DNA of 64,000 nucleotides from Octopus vulgaris (taxonomy: Eukaryota). Positions 26,643 to 41,099 of the stretch are shown here, in pieces; the stretch's first letter is position 1, and every line of letters starts with the position of its first letter. Position numbers and translations under genes: made by a program. The stretch is taken from assembly GCA_951406725.2 (NCBI GenBank), contig OX597815.1, positions 152,954,001-153,018,000 of the forward strand, in the 5' to 3' direction. The notes beneath the pieces are model-generated. The model saw only the letters and a list, made by a program, of their open reading frames with translations. It had not been told where the DNA came from and did not search any database.

Positions 26643-27110
26643 GCCCTGATGCAGTACCATGCCCTGATGCAGTAAATGCCCTGATGCAGTACCAGGCAAT
26701 GGCTCTCATGGCTTCTGATCTTAACTGATTGGAAGTGTTATCATGTACATTGTTTTGTCTTGGTATAAAAGATGGGCTACAGCAAATATTCTGCTCAATA
26801 CCACAGATTTGCTTGTCAGTTGTTTGACCTTAACCAGTTGAGCATGTCCCTTGGTGGCTGACGATATGTGCATCTCTGATCACGAGCAGAAGTAGTGGGG
26901 GAGCATCATAGCCATGTGTTGAGAGGGATTCTTTGGGGTTTGAATAATTCACCTCTGGAAACATGGGTGGTTCTTTCAACATCCTTAAACAACCCTTATT
27001 CAGGAACCGTTTGAGCGGGATGGGCTACTCAACCTGAAGAAAATTCTAGACGGACGAAGTTCCTCTAAGCATTTTGCCCGGCACTGTAACGATTCTGCCT
27101 GCTCGCCGCC

Positions 27111-27183
<73 letters not shown>

Positions 27184-27191
27184 TAATAATG

Positions 27192-27255
<64 letters not shown>

Positions 27256-27263
27256 TAATAATG

Positions 27264-27335
<72 letters not shown>

Positions 27336-27556
27336 TTGAGCGGGATGGGCTACTCAACCTGAAGAAAGTTCTAACTGGGCCCCACCTGCAAGGTCATGTG
27401 CTGTTTATCTTGATATGAGATCACCATGTCGCGCACATATGGTTGTGATGCATGTGCCTGGTGTACCTTTATCAGACGGGTAGTCATTATGGGTATATTG
27501 GGCTTCGTATATTTTACCCCAGTGGCACTTTGATGGTATGCACTGCTCTCTCACTC
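26643..27556. mobile_element. Non-coding element embedded in (TAA)n, interrupted by a local duplication
   Basis: TAA arrays on both sides; triplicated GCCCTGATGCAGTA at the left end; no ORF. Confidence 0.55.
27111..27335. repeat. (TAA)n microsatellite
   Basis: Long trinucleotide run; a related array lies at 26557-26641. Confidence 0.97.
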
Positions 27557-28276
27557 AATAATAATAATAATAATTATAATAGACACAACTCACTACAGAA
27601 CAAATGATAATATAACACGGAACAAGAAGCAAGAAACTGAACTCTATAACAAAACAAACTGATGTAGCACACCAACAGGAGGAGTCTATACTTCCTCAGT
27701 CCCCATAAAAATAAGAACACAATGTTACACAGAACTCAAGAGCACGGAGGTGCACCAGGTGGTACAACAGAAACTCGCATGAAACTACTGAAGGAAAAAA
27801 TATCCTGTTTAGCAGCGGAAAAAGAGAATATGATTACGATATACATAGTTTTCTTCAGGTAAGAAAACCGCTTCGCAGACTTTGTTGATTAGGACTTTAC
27901 TTCCTTATCCCACAGTAATCGCTGAGACTGCATCAGTACTGAGAAAATTAAAAACAAACAAATGAAAGATGACGAAAACTAGGCCAAGTCAAACTCCTTT
28001 GTGAACAGGAAATGAAAAATCCCAGTTGTCAGAGATTATGCTGTTGGTATTGGATTAAAGTAGAAAGACAAATATTTAATTATTTACAGTTAGAGCTTAT
28101 CAAAAACAAAACAGAAAAAAATGGAAGAAAACAGGAATGCAACAGAATGGTTTATCAAACTGTTTAGTCGAGCAGAAAGTGGCATAAACCATATTGTAAA
28201 ATAGGTTAAAATATAATAAAAAGTAGAAAACGAATTCAAGTTTAGAACAAAACGTTATCAATCACGTGTTCAACAT

Positions 28277-28472
28277 ATTGGTTTCAAATTTTGACACAAG
28301 GCCAGCAATTTTGAGGGAGGGGGCCAGTCGATTACATCGACCTTACTGTTCAACTGGTACTTATTTTATCGATCCTTAAAGGATGAAAGGCAAAGTCAGC
28401 CATGGCAGAATTTGAACTTATATGCCACTAAGCATTTTGTCTGGCGTACTAACAACTCTGTGAGCTCACCGT
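28277..28472 (-). mobile_element. SINE family B
   Basis: CAACTGGTACTTATTTTATCGA...GGATGAAAGGCAAAGTC. Confidence 0.82.
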
Positions 28473-29404
28473 CTTCAAAATGTTTGACATATTGATATTA
28501 ATATATTATCAATAATGACAGGATTTCGAAGCTTTGACGTTTTAAAGTTTCATTCGTATTTCAAGTTCATTTTGGATCCGCATATTGATATCATTCCGTA
28601 GCTTGAAAAATGAGGTAGAGTAAAATTTTGTCTTTTTTTTCCACTTTTAATCTAACAAATTTGGTTCAGTTTCTCGGTTTCTTTTCTTCATTTGGGACGC
28701 AAAGCCTCTGGAGAGGAAAGGCATGAACGTCACATGTTCCCAGTACTCTATTTTCTAAAATAAAGAACCTTTGTATTTAGTTAAAAAAAAACCCAAAGGT
28801 ATTGAAAGGTATTGTATTTAGTAAAAAAAACCCAAAGGTATTGAAAGATGCAGACTCACTACGGTGGCGTAGCATGAGCTGTAGCCATATTGGCCACCCA
28901 CCTTCAAGTATGATATACTTTTGTCTACAGCAAAAATACACGTATATAAAGTGGTTTTCCTGTGCGGTCTGCACACCCTGCATACCTACGTCACTGGCTC
29001 CCTGTCAGCTGTTTTACCTGCTAGGTATCGATCCCTATTTGTAGCTATTGAGCATTCATGAACATAGCTAACATAGCAAAGATTTGAGCATTTCATCTCT
29101 TCTATATAAGATACCTTTTCTCTACTATGCCCGTAATTAATATAATCCGGTTGTCTTGTATACAAGTCAACAGTAATGAAGTTGATATATGACCAAAAGC
29201 ATTCCAGCCGCGACCATCCTGCTCCTTTGGGGGTCTTTAAGTCTCCTATATATTCTAGATGTCAAGCGCCGAGTTTTGCGCTACACTTGACTCAAGATTG
29301 TTGCTCTGACAAAGAGACAAGATGTGAAAGAAAAACAAAAACAAAACAAAGAAAACAAGCAAAAAAGTAAAATTAAAGAAGACCCCCCACTCCAAAAACA
29401 AAAC

Positions 29405-29480
29405 GAAACAAACACAAGGTGCCTGACTAAGTGCGACCAAATCTGCAAATGCCGCAGTCTCAGCGCATGTCTGTGCTTCA
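29405..29480 (-). mobile_element. Tx1-like ORF2 micro-fragment
   Basis: KHRHALRLRHL matches MHRHALRLRHL near 50255. Confidence 0.65.
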
Positions 29481-30566
29481 CTAACTGTCGCGATTACCCA
29501 TTTTCATGTGGCTATTAAGCCATCGACTAATTAGGAGAAAGTTGTAATCGATTCAATCAACCCCCATAAAGTAACTGGAACGTATTTGATCGAACTCAGA
29601 AGGTTGAAATACAAACTCGGCCATCAACTATACTTGAATTCAGAAATATAAAAACAACTAAATACTACAGACCATTTCCACAATCATTCTATAGTGTCTG
29701 GCAACCGACTTCTAATAACAGTCAAAACATAAACACAAAGCTTCTTCCAGTATAATACAATTTTCGTACAAACTTGAAATTTAAAGTTTTTGCTAACAAC
29801 TAATTCACTTTTATTATACATTTTCAGTGTCAAAATTGATATGCTCAAATCAGCTGAATGGTACTTCAACGAATTAGCTTCTGTCCTGTCAAAGTTTCTC
29901 CTGAAATTTTATATTGGATATGAAAATGAGACAATTTAATTATACTAATAAAAATACAGTTTCATGGAGAACGGGAATCCTTATTGAATGTCTTGTTCGC
30001 GTATAAATTTATTCGAATAATTTTATATGCTTTAAAAAATAATTATTACTAAGAAGTGAATTATATCTGCAACATCCTTGTGGTGTGTGTGTGTGTGTTT
30101 GTATGTTTGTATATGTATGCATGTATATATATATACATGTGCATATATGTATACATACACAATAAAATATGCTTACACAATGCAAGCTGCACACGCAAAC
30201 GCTCACACGCTCAGACATTTTTTGGTAAAAACAAACTCCCGTTTTTAACGCCCAACATTTAAAGGGCAATTCGGTTAATTTTTGTTTTTATAGATTGTTC
30301 TACAATTAATTTTATACAAGATGACAAAAATCAGGCAAATAATAATAAGGCTAATGTATTTACAATTTTATGTTTTTATTTCTTTATATTTGTATACATA
30401 TGTTTCAGTCTTTGAGATGTTCAGTGTTACTTATATTTAGAAGAGAATTATGATACATACATGCACACATAAATTGTATACTTGCACAAAGGGCTATTCA
30501 CATTTAGCTTTGATTTACATGATTTCTACTACTGACACACACATGTACGCACACACACAAACACAT

Positions 30567-30646
<80 letters not shown>

Positions 30647-30679
30647 GCATGTATATTTTAATGGCGTTTTTAATGTAAG

Positions 30680-30718
30680 TTGCACTGATGAGGTTCTCAA
30701 AGATCGGAAATATTGCAA
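30680..30718 (+). ncRNA. Degenerate hammerhead-like motif
   Basis: ttgca-CTGATGA-ggttctcaaagatcg-GAAA-tat-tgcaa; 5-bp stem I, poor stems II and III. Confidence 0.4.
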
Positions 30719-30937
30719 TAGGGATGCTTGTTTTCCAACTGTTTAAAGAATGTCTATTCTAGAAAAATCGTTAAAAGAAATTGACTATTGTTTCCCTCTC
30801 AGATATGTGCGCTAAAGTAACGTGGATCCAAGGGCAATAAAAGAATTCTACCTTTGACAAGAATGATAATTTACGCACGAAATTAATTGATGTGCACCTT
30901 TCATCACAGAATGAGTAAGTTGGAACCAAAGCTCAAA

Positions 30938-31021
30938 TACAGGTGATCTTAAACAGCAACAACAACAGGTGATCTTAAACAACAACAACAACAGGTGAAC
31001 TTAAACAACAACAACAACAAC
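30938..31021. repeat. Minisatellite ACAGGTGATCTTAAAC(AAC)n x3
   Basis: Three ~26-bp units. Confidence 0.85.
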
Positions 31022-32691
31022 AGCAGCTGCAGCATGTCTTGAGGAAGGTTTTTTTGCTTAGCAGTGAGGAGTCTTTTCAGCCATTTTGCATTGACTCCAA
31101 CAGTTCACCTCTCTTCGCTGTTCATGTTCTTTTCTCTGAATTTCCAATACTTCCAAATGCTTCACCCTTTGATGCGACTGGTGGTAGTGTTGGAGCAGCT
31201 CCCTCTGTTGTTGGTTTTGTTGCTATCCATCCTTCTATCTCTTTCTTTCTTCGCCTTTGCCACAAATGTTACAGCTAGGTTTTCTCAACTGCCTCGACTA
31301 GCTTATTGTTTTTGCTTCGGCATCCAAGATGGAGTCACAGCTTCAGAATAACCTTTTTAGTTTTCAGTAGCTATTAGGACTTGTAACTCATTTTTGACCC
31401 TTCCAATTACATGTATTTTTCGTAATCACTACTCTTAAAATCTTCCAATACTGTGCTACAAAATGGTCATTGTTATTGTCAATGACCCACACTGTCACTC
31501 TGGTATTACACTGCTCATATATTTTGGTGTGAGCCTATGAGTACGAGTCTCTGTGTGTTGTACTATCTCTGCATATATCCTCACTTCGCCTTCAGTTTGA
31601 AGATCAAATAGGTACTTTCATATGTCTTGCTCCGATCAATGGACAAGACACTGCCCTTTATGACTTCCAGAAATTCCTCCAGTTGTTTCTTTTAGTGCAC
31701 ACTAAACGCATTTCCGTTTTTTACGAGACAGGAGCATGTAATTTTCTTTTTGTCTGTCATTGGACAAATTTCTCAGGCAAAGAGATACACACCTTTGTAA
31801 CAAAACACTACCATGCCTCCATATTTAACTAGATTTTTTCTTATGCTCAAAACATGCCTTTTATTGACAGCGTTAGCAAAGGCTCTTCCATTTCCATTAA
31901 AAGTATTTCCAATATTTTAAAAAACTGTGTATTTGTGTGTGTTCTGTAGTTGCTATACTTTGTATTACCAAAAAGCGGTTAAAATTGTTTATACTAATGC
32001 CATTCTATATAGGAGTATCATTAAATTTTTATTTTAAATCGTATACCTTCCTATTCACTAATTTTTGTGTGTGCTCTTCATATTCACTTTGTATTTGTAT
32101 GTGGTTCTCTTCGTACTCAGTTTGTGTTTGTGTGTGTGTGTGTTTGTATGTGTGTACGTGTGTGTGTGTGTTTGTGTGTGCGAGTGTTGCCTCTATTTCA
32201 TGTAGCCATTTTGTACGTGTATATAGACAGATAAGAAGAATGTTAAACTTGTCTAATTACGGACCTTATTACTTGCTTGAACCGTGTAAGGGAAGACTCC
32301 TACAGTCTTTGAAGACACATTGTATAAGAATATATTAAATATTAAAATATTATTATTTCAAATATTTTTTATTGAAAAAAATCCAGCTCTTCGAAGAGCA
32401 ATTTCAAAACAATTAAAGGAACAAAATACACAAACACTGACTATATAAAAAAAGGAATCCATAAAATTATTATATGTGGCAACCGATAATTAAATTTTAG
32501 TCGCGAGAGATTTTCGTGAAGTGATACCTATCTAATATATATAATAATAGGAAAAGAGCCAAAATATCAACTTCGGGATAATTTTCATAAATTTTCCCAT
32601 GTGTTTATATTCCATACATACATGCATATGTATACAGGCGCAGACACATTCCTATACACGCAAAGATAATCATCTCTCTACTTTTCTATAC

Positions 32692-32883
<192 letters not shown>

Positions 32884-33144
32884 AAGGAAGTTTTGTCTAG
32901 TGAATGCTTCAAAAAAGATGGGTGAATGTAGCAAGGATGGCACGTGTGAATGACGTAGCCAGCTTGAGCATAATCCTATGAACCAAAAGAAAAAAAAAAC
33001 GAAGGAAAAAAGAGAGCCACTTACTGTAATGTGCTTTCTGTGTAAGTCGGTCCTTTTTATATGTATACATTATACATTTTTTGTATTTCATGTATGTAAA
33101 TATACTTTATATATTGATCTGTTTAACTTGCTTTCCTTACATTT

Positions 33145-33255
<111 letters not shown>

Positions 33256-33876
33256 TATATATGTATATACACATATATATACATATATGTATATATATAT
33301 ATACATACACACATACACACAGACACAGACACAGACACAGACACAGACACACACACACACACACACACAATATAATGATTGAAGAAGTGCGAGTCTATGT
33401 CCAGTTTATTTTTTTCCCACGTTATTAAAAAAATTTCTCTTTACTCTGAAAAACAAATTTTGAAACTATAAAGTTTATTTATATAGTATACATAAATTAT
33501 AATGCTTAATATTACAAGATTTGCTTCTGTTTTAAATGTCAGCTTCCGTTTGAATTCCATATGTAAACCAATAATTTTTTCTTCGCGTTCATAAAAATGT
33601 AATAAAACGAAAAAAACAAAAAACAAAAACCAGTGAGTAAATTTTTTTTCTTCGTATTACATAATGCAAAGCACAACAAACCCTATCTATAGCATTAAGT
33701 TTTCAAATTGTGTTAGACTGCGGTCATGTCGGTGTACCACCTTGAAACCATTTAGTCAATAATATCATCTCCATTATTTCTTCTTCAAGCCTGTTACGCG
33801 AACACAGATATATAAACAGAATGAATATATTATGTAATTATTAAACAATAATGTTTATTTGTATATCAGGCATAAA

Positions 33877-34041
33877 TATTCTGTTGTGTCTGGGGAGAGT
33901 CATTTTCTTTTTGTGCCTTATAATGTAACACACTCACCAGTAAAATTTCCACTTATTTCTTATATTTATTCTCCTAAAATTTTCCTGTGTTACATTATAA
34001 GGCACAAAAAGAAAATGACTCTCCCCAGACACAACAGAATA
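33877..34041. repeat. Inverted repeat (~55-bp arms) in a dispersed repeat also present at 51325-51430
   Basis: ATTCTGTTGTGTCTGGGGAGAGTCATTTTC...TAACACA vs TGTGTTA...GACACAACAGAAT. Confidence 0.9.
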
Positions 34042-34216
34042 TGCTTCAATACACGAACTCATATAAAGAATCTTGCAAACCAAATTCCAAAACGAAATAG
34101 GCATAAATAATATTACTTAATATAAGATTCGCTTCTGTTTTAAATTTTTAAATGTCAATTTCCGTTATTATGACTTTCTATACATACATACATACATACA
34201 TACATACATACATACA

Positions 34217-34246
<30 letters not shown>

Positions 34247-34247
<1 letters not shown>

Positions 34248-37200
34248 GGTGGTCTTCTGAGTGTTCATCAGTTGCACCTTTCTTACGATCATCTACAATG
34301 TGTGTTACTGTTTCATCGGAGGAATGATGGGTTTCAGGTTGGTTTGAAAAGGGTTGACAACAACCACACACTCACACCCACCGATTTCTACTGTTATCGG
34401 TTACAAATTGGGCAAGGTGAATGTAACATTATCATGAAGAGCAGCAGGCGACTCATGCAGTAATATGATATAAATGACTAGGCAAAAACAGAACATTGTC
34501 ACCTCACTTGGGCCCAATCAAGCTGAAAAGTATAAGGGTTTGTATGATGCTGTGGCTGAAGGAGATTCAGCAAATGCAGGTCGGAGAATTGTTCTTCTAC
34601 CTTCAATCTATGGTTTTCCTCGCTTCTACAATGAGTGCTTCCAGAACTCAATGATTGTGGTTCAACACATTGGAAAGCCATCTTATTTCATCACAATAAC
34701 AACCAATCCTAACTGGGATGAAATAAAAAATAGTCTGCACCCCACTGAAGAACCTAAGGACCGTTCTGATATTTGTGGAGGAGTATTCAAGATCAAGTAT
34801 AGCAGCCTCATAGATGATATACTTAAACAAAATATCTTGGGAAAAGTAGTGGCACATTATTCTACAACAGAGTGGCAGAAGCGAGGCCTCACTCATTCTC
34901 ATATTCTGCTGATAATGACTGAAGATAGCAAGCCCAAAACTGCAGATGCTATCGATCAGGTATTTTACTGTGAGATTCATGATAAAGTGACCAATCCAAT
35001 TCTTCATAAAATCATCCCATCATGCAACATTCATGACTCATGTGGACAAGCTAATATGATGTCTTCATGCATGGAAGGGCTAGGGCAACAACGCTATTGC
35101 TCTAAAGGTTATCCTAAGGCATTCAGACAAGCCACATTTGTTGCCGAAAATTCATTTCCTGAATATAGAAGGAGGGATAGACAGTATGGTGGTCATACCC
35201 ATACAATCCAACTTGGAGGTCAAGAATTTACCGTTGATAATCGTTGGAATGTTCCATACAACCCTTTCCTATCATTGAGATATCAGTGCCACATCAGTTG
35301 TGAGGTTGTCCACAGTGTCAAGGCTGTTAAGTATTTATATAAATATCAGACAAGATCACTTTCACTATTGAGGATGATCAAGGTAATTGTGTCCATGCCT
35401 AAAATGAGATTGAAGCTTATATTAATGCATAGTACATATTAACTAGTGAAGCATTCTGGAGAATTTATAAATTTCCGTTACATCATCGCAAACCTCCAGC
35501 TGAGAAACTGCCTTGCTATTTACCTGGGGAACGAATGGTAGAGTATCAGCGAAGACAAGGAGAAAGAGTTATTTCTAGGGGTCAGCCAGTGCCTAAACTG
35601 ATTGAATATTTTCGACTGAATATTAGAGATCCACAGGCAAAAAAGCATATTGTATACTAATAAACCAAAATATTTCACTTGGACAAACAAAAAATAGCAA
35701 AGAAGAAAAAAGGGGCATTTGGAAGGTGATGAACAATTTATGGGTGAATCTCTTGGATGCATTCCAACAATATCTCTCAGTAGACATCAGTTTGAGTTGT
35801 ATTACCTAAGAATGATCTTACATCATAAGGATGGGTCAACTTTGAGGGCAATTGATGGAATTGAATTTCCAACATTCCAAGAGACATATAGGAAACTTGG
35901 TCTGTTGGATGAAGATGGAGAGAAAGACAAAGCTATGGAAGAGGCCTCATCCATTACATTTGGACATCAGCTGAGAGAGATCTTCTGCATCATCTTATTG
36001 TACTGCATGCCAAATGATCCTCTGCAGTTCTGGGAGAAATGGAAGTATTGTCTTGCTGAGGATGTCATGCATGAACGTCATGAGCAAGTCATGTCAGCAA
36101 AGCGTGCAGATTGTTCTACAAAAGATCCAGTAAAGATTTTAGTATGAGGGCTTGGACATCCATGTCAACTATGGACTTCCTCGGTTAGACCCAACTATTG
36201 TTACCATACCAGAACTCAATAGGGTTTTTATGGGAGAAACTGATTTCAATACACAACTGCTGCAAGTAAATGAAGTTTTGCCAACATTGAATCCTGAGAA
36301 ACTGGTTGTTTTTCACAAAGTCATCACCTCAGCCAATGAAAATGAAGGTAGAAATTTCTGTTTGAATGCATGTGCAGGTACAGGAAAAACTCCAACAAAC
36401 GAAGCAATAAGATTGGTCAATGAATTCATGGTCAACAAGTTCCCTGATCATGAAAGTGTCTACAATACCTCTGATACAGTAGATAATGAACTGCAATATC
36501 CACTGGAGTTCATCAACAAACTTACCTCATCAGGCTTCCCAACACACAATCTTAAACTGAAGAAAGGCATTTGCATCGTGCTTCTGAGAAATCTGACTCC
36601 TCTAAACGGACATCGCAATGGTACGCGCTATATCATTATCAGCTTACATAATCGTGTGATTGAAGCTGAAGTGGCTTTGGGACCCAATGCTTGAACCAAG
36701 CTGCTTATTCCAAGGATAGCTCATGTATCTCAAGAGCTTGAGTTCCCTTTCTCCTTTACTCACAAGCAATTTCCTGTCAAACCAACCCTTGCCCTTACAT
36801 GCAACAAAGCACAAGGGCAGACACTTGAAAAGATAAGTGTATATCTACCAACACAATTCTTCGCACATGGTCTGATGTATGTTGCATTATCAAGAGCGTC
36901 AAGAAAAGAAAATATAAAAATATTAACCTAGATAAATGAAAAGGGCCCATTTTCTGACAATTGTGTCTACAAAGAAATTCTACAGTGATGTGAAACATTC
37001 ATTACTCTCTTTTAATTGAAATGTATTTAAGTTTCTTTTTAATTGCTAGGAAAGGGACACTAGAACCACTTAAGAAGTCCATAAGTGAATATAGTAAAAC
37101 AACAATATAGCAAAACTCAACCCATCATACTGGTAAATTCATTAATTCCCACCAGAGCATCTATTTTAAATTTCACTCAAGTGAAGATTCATGAACATTT

Positions 37201-37430
37201 TCCCTTGACAATCTCAACACTTTTCCAATTTCCATTATCCTCTTTTTTAAATGTATCATGGATTATTCTACTGATTACAGAATAAACTATAACAGAGTCA
37301 TTGCTCAATTCATGTGCAAATTGTCAATTTACTTTATAATTTATGTATCATATCTATATGTATATATAATATCGATATACGCAATACATATGCTAGCAGC
37401 AAACCGCCGGGAGGGCGGTTTTTCTGCTAG
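34247..37430 (+). mobile_element. Decayed, 5'-truncated autonomous Helitron (Rep + Pif1-like helicase)
   Basis: Rep motifs FITITTNPNWDEI, EWQKRGLTHSHILL, VKYLYKY; helicase AGTGKT, HNLKLKKG..VLLRNL...NGTR, QFPV..TCNKAQGQTL; 3' hairpin + CTAG (37427-37430) before T. Confidence 0.95.
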
Positions 37431-37830
37431 TATATATATATATATATATATATACGTTTAAATATTTGTTGTGCAAGATTTTTTATGTGAAGTCGTGTGT
37501 TGAAACAGATATTGTTATGTTTCGGAATGGTCATATTGCCAGTTTAGCCAATAAAAACACATGCACTATATATTTGGTGTTATTTTGCTTCAGTGTTATT
37601 TATTTTTTACATTAATCTTAATCTTATTTCGACCAGAAAACATAATAAATACACAGATAAATAAACAAATAGAAATAAATAACTATATATATATATTTAT
37701 ATATTTTTTTTTATTCGATTTATTATTATTATTACTAGTATTGTTGTTATACATACATACATACATACAAGCATATGTAATGATAATAATAAGTGGATGT
37801 AAACACATGAACAAAATATGCGTATATATA

Positions 37831-39101
37831 TCAAGCTTAGTAAAACGTAAGCAACGTTCTGAAATATGAAATTCATCACAATATATTTCAATAATATGGA
37901 AATTTTATTCATCAAAGTACCATTACAATCAACACATTTTCACCAATGAATTACAAGTTTGTTTAATCCAGTAACATAAAAATCTGGAGTTCTAGAGCTG
38001 ATGAACTCTTTGAACACACTTTCAGCATCGGTTTGATTTTGAAATCTTTCTCTCGCAGGAAACCATCAAGGTGCTTGAAAAAGTGGTAGTCAGTAGGAGA
38101 AAGGTCTGGGGAATAAACTTGGTGGGGAAGAACTTCGTAGCCTAGTACCCTCAATTTCTGGAGCGTCATTAGTGAAATGTATGGTCGAGAATTGTCATGA
38201 AGAATGATTGGCTCTCATCTATTGACCAGTCTGGGACGGAGGAGTAGCAGTTTTTCGTTCATTTTGCCAATTTCATGGCAATATGTTTCTGTAGTCATGG
38301 TTTTTCCGGGTTTTAAGAAGTTATAGAGGATGAGTCCAGCAGTACACCACCAAACAGTCACCATAACCTGCTTTTTGAAAAGCACGGGATTAGGGAAGGT
38401 TTTCGGTGCTTCATTTTGGTCCAACCACTGCGAAGAATATTTTTATTATTGTACAGAATCAACTTTTCATCGCAAGTTACAGTACGGTCGAGAAATATAC
38501 CGGTCTGGTTACGGAGAAGAGGCGACGAGCAAATTTCATATCTGCGCATTTTTTGATTTTCATTCAAATCGTGTGGCTCCCATTTGTCGAGATTTTTTGA
38601 TTTTCCGATCGCATGCAGATGGTTGCAGGCAGTTTTCTGGCTAACTTGAAGTTCCTTTGCCAGTTCTCAAGTGGTTTTACGTGGATATTTCTCAATGACG
38701 GCTTTTAATTGACCATCATCGATTATAGATGGGCGCCCACTATGCTTCAAGGATCAGGTCTCCACTGCGAAATCGTTTAAGCCATTTTCGAGCTGACCAC
38801 TCACTGGCCATTTCTTCACTAAACGTTTCGTTGATATAGCGTGCAGTTTCAGCTGCTTCACATCCTTTTTCGAAGTTGAATAGCAAAATTGCTCGAATAT
38901 CGCACTTTGACAGAACCATTTCAGATGATTGTAACAATGGTGAAAAAATATCAATGTTTATTGATGCATTTGGGAAAGTCTATGTCTGTACTATCAGACA
39001 ATTATTAAAAACAAAATGTTTAACAAAAATTCAGAACTCTGCAAAAATCCGGTACAAATACTTCATGGTTCAAAACTTTGCTTATTTTTTGCTCAACCTG
39101 A
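37831..39101 (-). mobile_element. Full-length degenerate mariner (Hsmar1/cecropia-like DD34D transposase pseudogene)
   Basis: IRAILLFNFEKG..AAETAR, TCDEKLI, VMVTVWW, LHDNSRP, YSPDLSPTDYHFF; diverged ~24-bp TIRs, TA TSDs, 1271 bp. Confidence 0.92.
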
Positions 39102-39118
39102 TACACCTCACCTCACAC

Positions 39119-39161
<43 letters not shown>

Positions 39162-39801
39162 GAGAGAGAGAAAGATTATGTATATATGCGTGTATATATA
39201 TGTGTATATGGATTTATTTGTGTATGTGCGCCTAAGTGTGAGTGTGTGTGTGTGTGTGTGTGCCCATATGTGTGCGTGTGTGTGTAAAACTCCGGTATGT
39301 ACATTTGTATTCACGATGAATGCAATATATAATACATTCTTAACAAGAATGAGAACTCGGCAATCTTATTTTCAGAATAATTTAATAAATTATTTTGAAA
39401 ATAGGATTACTGAGCTTTCATTCTTGTTAAGTAGCTCGTTGTTTCTAGACTTATCAAAGCCATTTTCGAATCTATACTTTCTCTCACTATATAACTTCGA
39501 GAGGAGAAAAAGAGCTGATATTCGGAATTCAAATTTACCAGGCAAATCTGCTCACAGCTGTCCCTTAATAACACTGGCGAATTGCTAAAGCAGAATCGGT
39601 GGAGTATCAAGTAAATCATGTTGCGGGGTTCAATTAATTCTCTTTATTTTTCGTATTTAAATCTCACTATGATACATTTTGTCTTTTATACAGTCGATAA
39701 AATAATACCAGTCAAGTATTGTGGTTGATTTAATTGACAAGACGACTAGGCTGAAATTTGTGGTCACGTGTCTATGTTAGAATTCATTATATACCACATA
39801 A

Positions 39802-40015
39802 AGGTGGTGAGCTGGCGCACCGGACAAATGCTTCCGGTTGTTTACGCTCTGAATTTAAATACCGCTGTGGTCAGCTTTCAGGGTTGATAAAATAAGTACC
39901 AGCTGAGCACTGGGGAGATTACATCGGCTCTAGTGCTCAGCTGGTCCTTATTTTATCAACTGATGTATTCACCTTTCTTCTCCCTTCAGAATTGCTGTAT
40001 TTGTGCCAAAGTTAC
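39802..40015 (+). mobile_element. SINE family B with internal fold-back (39883-39960)
   Basis: GTTGATAAAATAAGTACCAGCTGAGCACT...AGTGCTCAGCTGGTCCTTATTTTATCAAC. Confidence 0.75.
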
Positions 40016-40654
40016 AAAAAATTATTTATCATAAGGAGTATCCAAATCTTTGAAATAATTTTAGGAATAATTCTAAAGATGGCAGAATCATTGCATCATA
40101 GAAAAAAATGCCGTGAGAAATTCGTTGAAGCTCTCTACACACTTTTTTCAAATTCCGCCGAGGTCAACTTGCTTTTGATAAAATTAAGCAAGCCCAATGT
40201 TTTGCAAAATTTATTTTGGTCCTTCACGTTCAGAACTCATGGGTGGTTGACTTAATCTGTCAACCCATTTAACATCACCTTGGATGGTGCCTTTAGCAGA
40301 ATACACTCGATTGTAAATATCCAGGCCAAGATCCTGGTTCAAGGATACATTTATCCCTTCATCTCAATATTTTTGACTGTTCCTGACTATATCGAACTAA
40401 AACTTACTACATTGTCGTCCAGTGAATCCTTTATATTTTAGACTGTCAAGTGTGATTTATGGGAGAATTGGCTGCTATTTCTAGGAAGAAAGGTGACTAC
40501 ATTGATGATCCTTCACTGTCTTGTGTTACATCAGTTTACATGAATTGTAAATTTAAATTCAAAATATCTCTCGTTTTGAAAAGCTTATAATTAGGGTATA
40601 CTGTGGAGAAAAGGAACGACAACAAGGTGGGGAAAAAGATGATAAATGAATGAT

Positions 40655-40727
<73 letters not shown>

Positions 40728-41099
40728 AGAGAGAGACAGACAGAGAGAGAGGGAGCTATCGCTAACGCACACGCGTCTAAATACCCTAAGTTTTCCTGTT
40801 TTCTAGCATTGATAGCGTGTTTGAAAGAAGAGTTCAAAAATCGTCATGCAACAATTTATTACTATAAACGTAATTAGCATGGTTGTTGATAATTTCCAAG
40901 TTGTTTAATTTACGAGCGAACCAAACAATTATTTAGCGAGTGAAAAAAATAAACCTTTTCGAGTGTCCGAAGTATTTTATTCATTCTGAACTGTAGAATT
41001 TTATTTGAAAAAAAAAAAAAATTAAAAAAAGAGTATAAAGCTTGGATGTGAAGAAAGTATGATGAAATTAACAACCGTTACAGGTTGAGTAAAAAGTCA

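Noticed and set aside
26519-27418. Poly-Asn / poly-Leu ORFs
   Set aside because: Readings of (TAA)n arrays plus SINE sequence
31030-31920. Decayed minus-strand coding-like sequence (possible transposase); likewise SDEK-containing 61610-61810
   Set aside because: Too many stops and no diagnostic motif set to name a family
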